Shown: positions 22,203 to 32,257 of the stretch, piece by piece | Layout of the letters: every line of letters begins with the position of its first letter | Numbering within the stretch: the stretch's first letter is position 1 | Made by a program: the position numbers and the translations under genes | From: Lenisia limosa | Lineage: Eukaryota > Protista > Breviatea | NCBI GenBank assembly: GCA_001655205.1 | Contig: LPNZ01007946.1 | Span: forward strand, 1 to 32,257 | DNA: 32,257 nt | Direction of reading: 5' to 3' | Notes under the pieces: model-generated | The model's input: the letters and a program-made list of their open reading frames with translations, nothing else | Databases searched by the model: none | Told to the model about the DNA's origin: nothing

Positions 22203-24688
22203 CTAGATAGATCAAAATATCATATGCAAATATTATCATATGATATGATATGATTATAGTGTATATTAACCACAACAAGTTGAAGAGGAATTCGGCAATG
22301 GAAACAATTGTTCATACCTTGTCTTCTTACCTGGCGTGAGAACACAGAGAGCATCTAAAACGAGTTAAAAAAATACTACTTTCAGAACCCTGAAAAAGAG
22401 CATCACAAACCAGAAAGATTATTGTAAGTACCAAGGTTGCCTCCTGGCTTTCCAGCTCGGAATGTTTTCCCAGCAGCTATATTGGAAAATTAGTAAAGAT
22501 TAAATTGGTGGAAACCGGTAGGAGAATTACAAGTGGCAAACCAATGATGATACTGTCTTCATTTTTGTAGGTCAGCTTGAGAGTGTACCCCACGATAACG
22601 GATTTCTTTGCTCCAGGCTTGAGGCCTAAGCTGGGGTGCAATATCAACGTTCCAGACAAATGCACGCGTCCAGGTATAGGGTACTCCTCATCCTCTGAAA
22701 CGCTGTTAATCACAGAAGTAACATACCAATGATCGTGGGTCTGGGGTTGGGTTCAAAGCTTCCACTAGCCTTGAAAGTTACAACAACGAAGGGGGGGGGG
22801 AGNNNNNNNNNNNNNNNNNNNNNNNNNNNNNNNNNNNNNNNNNNNNNNNNNNNNNNNNNNNNNNNNNNNNNNNNNNNNNNNNNNNNNNNNNNNNNNNNNN
22901 NNNNNCCACAGAAGGACCAGAAAATGAAGGAATGCCAACATCAGAGGGGTTCAATGGGAGAGTGGATTGTAGAGATTTCTAATCGAGGTGACAACGCCTG
23001 GCTACTTACATTTGTTATTTGAGCTGGCATCGGAAGGTTCAGGGATGTGAGGGAAGGGGAAGGCTGCTGGGGCATGACCATATGTGGTGGACTGTCGGGA
23101 GAGGCTGCAATCTCTAAATATTGATCATTAAACATTCCAGATAATTCTTACCGCCAGCGCTGTCGGAACTTTCTGAGGAAAGCTAGAAGAGTGAGAAATT
23201 GACATGAACTCAATAATGCACCAAAGAATTGTTATCCAATTCCCCTCAAACCAAATCGGGATTAACTTGCTCAGCTACTAAACAGATAAGATGAAAATCA
23301 AGAAATGTAACAAGAAAAGAAAAGGTTTGTGGATTGCCATAAAAATGACCCCGCTTCGACGAGATTTGAATTAACATTTGCAAAATATTTGAGGATATAT
23401 GTTTAAAAACTTTCATTTAGCTATCAATATTTATCTTTAAAAAGTTAAGTTGAGGACTGATAACTCAAATTACCATAAATATGATTCATTCATCCCCTAT
23501 CCGCAGACCTTGTTCATGGGGGCGTTTGAGGTAGTTAGTAGGGTCGGGAGTGGGTGATGGAAGCTGTGCTTGTTAGGAAATGAAACAAACATCGTTCAAC
23601 AATGAAGTTAAACAATTACCATGTGCAAGAACTTTCACTTACAGAGAGAATTGGAGCTTGTGATCTCGTTGATTGAAGAGAAGGAGCCTTGAAAGTAATA
23701 TCAGGCCAACTATATGTGCGAAATACCTGGCTTAAAAATCTCGGCATTGATTTGTTTGAATTGCTATCTGGGACGGCAGATCTTCTTGTAGCTTGGCTGA
23801 TATTGAAAGGTTGGTGCATGCTTCCATTGATGGGCATGCTTGGAGTCTCGTCATGAAATTTAGGAGTGTCAACGTCATCGTCATTCAGTGGTCCACCACC
23901 TTGCATCATTTTGCGATAATGCGCTCCTTCAAACTGATTGTAAACTCTTTGGTTTGCTTCATTGAGCTGATCTTTGACGGGGAAAGAGGCGTCTATTTTC
24001 GTGTCCACTGATGGCATAAAACGGCCCATTCTCTCCCGCGACTCAAAAGTCATTTTGCCCGATAAAGGAAGCTGGGATCCAATCTTGGCTGCTTGCTGAC
24101 TGTTAACTGAAATGTTGATACTAAGAATATGTGATATGACAACCACAAAATGAAACAAAATTTAATGTGAAATGACAACCAAGAAAGAAATTCCAGCAGC
24201 CTTACACATCATCATCCACTCACATGCTCTTGATACCTGAAGCGAATTAATGAAGTACAAATTATGCTGGGAGGGCATGCTTGTAAGGCAAATGATTGGG
24301 TGAAATAATTCTGGACTAAAAAAAAATATCATAGAAGCGAGATGGTGTGGACGGCTTCCAACCTTATTTTTTATTTCTCATTGCTATTATTGAATAACCA
24401 CAAAAAGAGCAAAATGTAAGCAAACTTCATCAATGTCAACAACCCACAAACTGGCACAGTAGAAGATTGACCGCGATTGTAGGCCTCAACTAGGTCACTA
24501 AAATTCTGTTCTTGTAACCGAATCATTCCGTTGGCGTAATCAGGAATTGGTCCTTGGTAAGTCTCTCTAAACCGCGAAAGAATGCCTTCAACTTCAGGAA
24601 ATGGCTGCTGAAATGATTCCGACGGAATTTTGCCGGGAGAAACCACTTTCTCAGTGTCAATATTTTCAATATCACTGCCGTTATACAT
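22203..24688 (-). CDS. Upstream exons of unknown function (Ser/Pro-rich linker plus a small beta-rich domain), probably fused to DSD1
   Basis: ORFs 24371-24688, 23616-24158, 22941-23135 and 22477-22713 are flanked by GT/AG sites. A frame-preserving exon chain runs from 22768 into DSD1. Junctions upstream of ~23300 were not resolved. Confidence 0.6.
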
Positions 24689-24931
24689 ACTAACAATACA
24701 CTTATATATATATAATCTATTAATTAATAGTAGTACGGCATAAATTCAAAGCAACCTTCATCTTATAAAAAGTTTTTTTCCTGGGGAAGCTTTCTCTGCA
24801 AGTTTTTTATTTTTGTAAAAATTTCCTCCTACTGAACTTGCTGGCAATTTGACTGACGGTTTATACTGGCATGTACTAGAGTTACATGATATAGGTAGAT
24901 ATTTAACTGAGATTAGAGTTCGTAGTTTGAA

Positions 24932-26374
24932 ATGCCTGCTCTGAGCTTTTTCAGCGGTTCTGCCTCTAAAAAAGGTCCACGACTATGTAAAGAACAGAAA
25001 GTCCCCTCATTTGCACGGGATTTATACATAACTGATGAGTATCGACAGGATTATACATTTACGGAGTCTCTCTGGTCTCTCTTCTCGATGCATAATGAGA
25101 CAGTTAATATGTAAGCCTAAAACTTTGGGTAAATGATCTAAAATCTTATTCCCTTCTAGTTGGACTCATTTAATGGGATTCGTTGTTTCATTTCTGGTCC
25201 TTCTCGCGTTTGTGGGATTCCCGTCTTTATTCAACGCCGACAATACTGCGGAACATGCAAGAGCAGCTATGCAGATTTTCTTATGTAAGTGATGCTCAAA
25301 TGATGGGCTTTCAGTTGGTCGTTGTGAGTCAACGGAGAGTTGCCATGTGACTGACATTCCCTTAGGTGGAACTTCCATTCTCTACTTCTGTTCATCACTC
25401 GCACATACCTTGTCTTGCAATTGGAAGTACAGGCATTCAATATGGATGGTTAGGAAAGGAAATTTATTTATTTGAATATTTTATTGATTCACTCACTCCT
25501 CTCTAAGGCGGCTCTCACTTTTTTTTTTGTTTTTATGCACTTTCCATTTCTAACCGAGTCTAGATTGATTACCTTGGGATTGGCGTCTATGGCGGAACAA
25601 GTTGTGTTGCTCAGACTCTTCTTAGTTCCCCAAGCTACTTAAGGGAAAATGCGACAATTTCAGCCTCCCTTATCTTGGTTTGTAAAGAATTTGTGAAGTT
25701 ATTGATGCCCAGATTGGAATGACTATGGGTGTGTGCTGTTTTATTATAGCTGCACTTTCAAGATTTTGGGGTCCTTGGAGATATGCAGCACGTTTTATGT
25801 TTGAGGGTTTAATATTTCTCGTAATAACTGTGCCGATTGTGTTAACAGTATGTAGTATCTTTGGAACCCTCTTTGTGTCATCTCATATTGCTGATTCAAT
25901 CCGAGTTTTCAATGCTCCCTTGGCTCCCGATAATATTTTCTGGACAACACACTATGTTTCTTTGTTTATAGGAGGGGTAGTGAACGCGTCAAAACTGCCG
26001 GAGTCTCTCAACCCTTCCCGGTTTGTACATACATAAGTATATTGAATATTCACCACCTAGGATTTTCAACCTTTACCTCAATTCTCATATTATATGGCAC
26101 TTATTTTCCTGTAAGTCACAAAGGGATATCACTGTTTACATTCAGTAATTGGAGGGCTCTCTCAAATGGTTGCACTTTTCAAAGATTTGGTTTCAAATGA
26201 CATTCCTGTAAGTACACCATTCAAGTATAAAACCTTATACCACAGCATGGGGAGCTTTTCTCATCAGCTTCTCTCTGGGCACTGTTTATTTCAATGACAA
26301 TTGCTCTTTTAACATTCTATGGAGCGATTTACAAACGCGGGGTTGCGAGCAAAGCAATGCTTTCTCAATTTTGA
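24932..26374 (+). CDS. PAQR/HlyIII-family (adiponectin/progestin receptor-like, CREST superfamily) membrane protein
   Basis: HNETVNIWTH, SSLAH, IDYLGI, KLPE and NSHIIWH motifs present across spliced exons. Confidence 0.92.
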
Positions 26375-26494
26375 CCCCTTCTCCCAGTTTATGCTGTTTC
26401 TACTTTTTGACATCACGATGTATTATGCCGTTTTCTAACGTATAGTATCTTGAATAAATCCATCAAAGAATGATGAAGAGCGTACTTTGGAAGC

Positions 26495-26877
26495 TTAGTT
26501 GTGGCGGAGACGGATGCCTTGTTCACGGAGGCTCTTCTCAGCAACCTCGATCTCCTGACACAAATAAGATGACTGTCATTAAATACCTGTTTAAGTTCTG
26601 AGGCAGCATCGTCCATATCGTTCATGGTCTTGGCGCGGATAATCACAGTTAATAGAGCGTAGAGTCCATAGACAATGACAGCAAGAATGGGTGCCTGAAT
26701 AAGTGAGAGCATTGGACTCTAAGCTTCATATTCCTGTATGAAATGACCAAGCTTGCTTACAATGATGACGTAGGGCCGAATGCAGTCACAGAGAGGGTAG
26801 AAAGCTTCTGATAAAACAGTGAGCCAAACAGCGACCAGCGTTGAAATCCATAATCCAAAAACAGCAATTCTTCTCAT
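26495..26877 (-). CDS. DPM3: Dolichol-phosphate mannosyltransferase subunit 3
   Basis: Two hydrophobic segments, then YGLYALLTV...NDMDDAASELKQ|EIEVAEKSLREQGIRL, matching the DPM3 C-terminal pattern (D.AAxELxxxI.EA...L...G). Confidence 0.9.
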
Positions 26878-27252
26878 TTTTATGTGAATAAAGAGGAAAC
26901 TAGGGAGAGAGATTTCAGAAGTTGTACTGGGTCGCTTTCCTTGGTACAGTTCACCTTTGTCAAAAGACTAAAACTACAAAGAAGTAAATAAACTTGAGAA
27001 AGAGGGCGTTTAAGAGGATATTTTTTTCAGTAAAGAAGAAAGAAACCGTGAATTGTTTGGCTTTTTCCTTCACTTTGCCTGCTTTGCCTCTCTTCCGCTA
27101 GTCCACGCCATTCAACTACCGCGATTCTAACCGTCCTAACAACCAGTAGATGATATATAATCAGGAATAATTGAAACGCATTAGCATTGTTTTAACAACT
27201 CACTCATCCAAATATCCCATCCAAATCCAAATATCCCAAGCAAACATTCATA

Positions 27253-28309
27253 ATGGTTGAAGCAGGTATTCTGAAAGAAATAAAAATCAAAACAGGAGCT
27301 GTGAAAAGGTAATTTTCTTGTTTTATTTAACACAGGCTTTTCAAAGAACTTCAAATGTATGAACAAGAAGTTGGACAATTCCAAGCAAAACGTGACAAGG
27401 TAGCAGAAGGCGAGGCTTCAGAGCTGAAGCACTTTGTAGGTTACTCAACCTTGTGTACATCGAGAGGATAGGGCTAACTCTTTAGAATAATATGATTGAA
27501 GAATCTAAATCAATGGTAACTGATACCACTCGAAGACTAGAGCAGTTTTACGATGAACTTTGTGAATTAGTTGTAGGCAGATATTTTCTGTTTTTTTTTT
27601 TTTTTTCTTTGATATTATTATTATTGTTGTTATTACTGTTTTCTCTTCTGTTTTTTTTTTCCTATTTCTTTAAAAAGGGATGATATTTTTAAAATTGAGA
27701 GCACGTTTNNNNNNNNNNNNNNNNNNNNNNNNNNNNNNNNNNNNNNNNNNNNNNNNNNNNNNNNNNNNNNNNNNNNNNNNNNNNNNNNNNNNNNNNNNTC
27801 TACATATTTCCGCGAGGGAGTTCCCACATCATGAAAAGTTGTGAGGAATATTATGATTACTTTATCAGTGATATGATCATATGACTGAATTTCGAGTCGA
27901 AATGATGAACGAAGATAGGAAAGGTTTCACCTCAATTATTGAGAGGAACGAAAATACAAATATAAATCTGGGATAAGGGGTGGGAAGAGTTTGATTGTGG
28001 ATGAAGGAGGGCTTTAGCCGAGTTCATCATGAGGAACACCTGCAACACAATCAAATGAGCAATTCTTGAGGGCGGGCGTCCTGAGTGAATATGGGGAATC
28101 ATGTGACTGCGACTGCAGGGATTTTGGTTTGAGTCGAATCACCATTCGTTGAATAACCATGGATGATTTGGTGAGGGACAGGGGTTAACACCTTTTTGGC
28201 TATTGTGTGAGATGGCTTATTTATACTTCAGGATGAAAACGAATCAAGTGACGCCGAAGTTGTTGCTGCCAAGTCCATTCTTGATCAAGTCGAACCTCTT
28301 TTCGAGTAG
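27253..28309 (+). CDS. TBCA: Tubulin-specific chaperone A (cofactor A)
   Basis: MVEAGILKEIKIKTGAVKRLFKELQMYEQE...MIEESKSMVTDTTRRL...|DENESSDAEVVAAKSIL; three introns, the last 27573-28231. Confidence 0.95.
27880..28175 (+). ncRNA. Candidate intronic structured RNA(s), class unknown
   Basis: ATGATGA at 27902, TGGATGA at 27998 and 28160, CTGA at 27885 and 28081. Perfect 10-bp stem 27990-27999/28046-28055 encloses a GATGAA/TTCATC stem. No known family recognised. Confidence 0.3.
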
Positions 28310-28568
28310 TTTCTTTTCCTTTTCTTGGTATATTATATACAATGACAGTACTTAGGTGATTTGCTCCAAAAGACACAAATACAAAAATAAAATCAGATGT
28401 ATTACAAACCAACTACCACTCGGATCTATACTAAAAGAAACGGTTTAATAAATAGCCAAAAAAAGGGGGGGAGGGGGAGGGAGGGGGATACAAACTATAA
28501 GTCCACATCAGAGCACGGAGGGCCGATGAGTATAAAATCAGTTGCGCTTAACTAAACATAATAAGTTT

Positions 28569-30020
28569 TCATTCCAAGTAACCACCAACCTTAGAGTGGG
28601 AAGAGAAATGCTTTGACAAGTCGTTTGAGGTTGAAAACACAGAGTTACACCCAGGGTAGGTACAAACGAATCGCCCCGAACGCTTTCCAGGTCCGGTACC
28701 GCTTCCATCTACAAGGGGTAAAGAGGTGGTTCTAAATATTACAAGATGAGAATAATACATATTATATGATATAGTATATATATATATATATACTATGTGT
28801 GTGTGTGTGTATGTGTGTGTGTGTATAAATAAGAGTCTTTCTCACTTGCTTTGCGATTTCGAACAAGGAAGCCACTAAGCGCTGATAAAGCCGATAGCCA
28901 AAGCGTCGCTTCTTGAGGTGATGCCGCTTCAATGCTTATTGTTCTCTGGATTGTAAGAACATTTCTAATAATAATATAAAAAAAAAAAAAAAAAAAAAAA
29001 AANNNNNNNNNNNNNNNNNNNNNNNNNNNNNNNNNNNNNNNNNNNNNNNNNNNNNNNNNNNNNNNNNNNNNNNNNNNNNNNNNNNNNNNNNNNNNNNNNN
29101 NNNNNNNNNNNNNNNNNNNNNNNNNTAACACGTTTTTATAAAAACAATAAAATGCTTACTTTGACCTGGAGCCTAGTCATCCCCAATACAAACCTGTTTC
29201 GTCACAATTGCGAAGTACTTACGAAGATCTTCGTCTGCTCTGTTTTCTAAGACGGTAATGACCCAAAGAGAGGCAAGCGTTTCAAAGCCCGAACATCACA
29301 AACTTTTGTTGTCCATATGTTTCACCAAAACTGCTGATTTTGGACCCTGTACGAATCCAGTAATTTCAGGGAGAGCGATGGAACCACTAGGAANNNNNNN
29401 NNNNNNNNNNNNNNNNNNNNNNNNNNNNNNNNNNNNNNNNNNNNNNNNNNNNNNNNNNNNNNNNNNNNNNNNNNNNNNNNNNNNNNNNNNNNNNNNNNNN
29501 NNNNNNNNNNNNNNNNNNNNNNNNNNNNNNNNNNNNNNNNNNNNNNNNNNNNNNNNNNNNNNNNNNNNNNNNNNNNNNNNNNNNNNNNNNNNNNNNNNNN
29601 NNNNNNNNNATGAGTGAATTTAATCATTTCTGATCCTGGGAATGTTAGATAATACACTAGAGAGAGGGAGAGCGAGGGAGACTAACCTTTCACGGATAAT
29701 TCATTGTACAATCTCAAGTCCTGAAGCTCAATTCCAAGCCTTTCCGCCTCTTTAATTTCAGCAAGCTCTTCAGCACCAGCAGGCTTTTGCTCACTTTTCT
29801 TGTTGTGAATAATTATCACTTTTTCTTTCTTCTTCTTTCGACGGCCTTTTCCTTTCTTCTTCTTTTTAGAAGAGTCAGAGTCATCGGAATCTTCATCAGA
29901 ATCATTGGTAACGGGAACTGGCTCGGGACTAGCCTTTAGGTCGTTTTTGGAATTTTCTTGGGCTTCAGTCGCGCTTGCACTTTCCTCTTTCGAAGAACCA
30001 ACTGTAGATTCCTCGATCAT
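28569..30020 (-). CDS. PH-domain (PLC-type) protein with acidic/basic N-terminus and a C-terminal C2H2 zinc finger
   Basis: KG|SEMIKF; PSGSIALPEITGFVQGPKSAVF; RTISIEAASPQEATLWLSAL; CTYPGCNSVFSTSNDLSKHFSSH (C-x4-C-x12-H-x3-H). N gaps hide part of the PH domain. The start and 3' end are approximate. Confidence 0.75.
28775..28824. repeat. Compound (AT)n/(TG)n microsatellite in an intron
   Basis: Visible directly. Confidence 0.9.
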
Positions 30021-30510
30021 CGCCAATAACCCTCAGAGAGGGGTAATAAACCAGTAATCAAGTCACTACTGTGCCATTGAGTAAGAGGATTCAACGAAAC
30101 TGCAAAGCCGACAAATAAAAATGGTGTACAAATGAACGTATAGGTGCTTAGCGGAAGAAATCTAAACTAAATACAAGGCAACTAACTAATCTAAGCCTTG
30201 AATTTTCTTTCTAAGATACTAAGAGATACTTTTACCCTTTTACCCTTTGTTTATAATTTTTTTTAAAAGGAGCAAAGCTGAATACCTACACATGCAACTA
30301 ATGCAAAATGTTGGGAAAGCACAAATAAAAAAAGCAAAAAACGCAAAAACAAAGCAATTAACAAAAACCAAATTAAGCTTCAAGTTTAAGTTTTTGTATA
30401 GAAAACTCTCAGACTTCGTTCATTTTTTGGAAATGATCAAATCAATACGAATAGTTGCTTAGGTGTATATTTTTCGATCTATTCTTTGTGTGCTAGACAT
30501 TAAGGTAGGA

Positions 30511-32257
<1,747 letters not shown>

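Noticed and set aside
22400-22700. RidA-like (LSGxxxLxPxxG, KNxxxIxxAAG) or MobA-like (IIxAAGxxxRxG) motifs in the domain upstream of DSD1
   Set aside because: Flanking residues and domain length fit neither family (no RidA PAR/EIE motifs, no complete nucleotidyltransferase fold); treated as chance.
27995-28205. Short resemblances to U6atac (ATGAAGGAG...TTAGC) and U2 (CCTTTTTGGCTA)
   Set aside because: Matches are short, and the neighbouring invariant elements (GGAGA box and ISL; GTAGTA branch-pairing region) are missing.
27918-28222. RNase MRP/P RNA in the TBCA intron (GGAAAGG at 27918, GGCTTATT near 28214)
   Set aside because: The two segments do not form a proper P4 helix, and the 3' motif overlaps the intron branch/acceptor region.

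Overview
Compact, intron-rich eukaryotic (protist-like) genomic DNA. Most GT-AG introns are about 25-60 nt, so the six-frame ORF track shows only exon fragments; all gene models here were spliced by hand. N-runs interrupt several loci. Order: an unidentified minus-strand gene (~90-1377); a gapped, apparently head-to-tail array of a ~2.5-kb unit encoding a degraded, intron-containing pogo/Tc1-mariner-like (DDE_1-type) transposase (2133-6262); then 11 loci in strictly alternating orientation: SEC24(+), ERGIC2/Erv41-like(-), DH-PH RhoGEF(+), a ~130-aa signal-anchor+SH3 protein(-), an orphan with a MATH-like N-terminus(+), a D-serine dehydratase (DSD1) that appears to be spliced in frame to a long unknown N-terminal region(-), a PAQR/HlyIII protein(+), DPM3(-), TBCA(+), a PH+C2H2 protein(-) and a DYRK1 kinase(+, runs off the window). 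The best leads are the candidate DSD1 fusion, the multi-intron transposase array whose copies carry complementary lesions, a structured segment in the unusually long last TBCA intron, and the minimal membrane-anchored SH3 protein. No rRNA, tRNA or CRISPR array was recognised. Family assignments come from motif recognition, not database searches.
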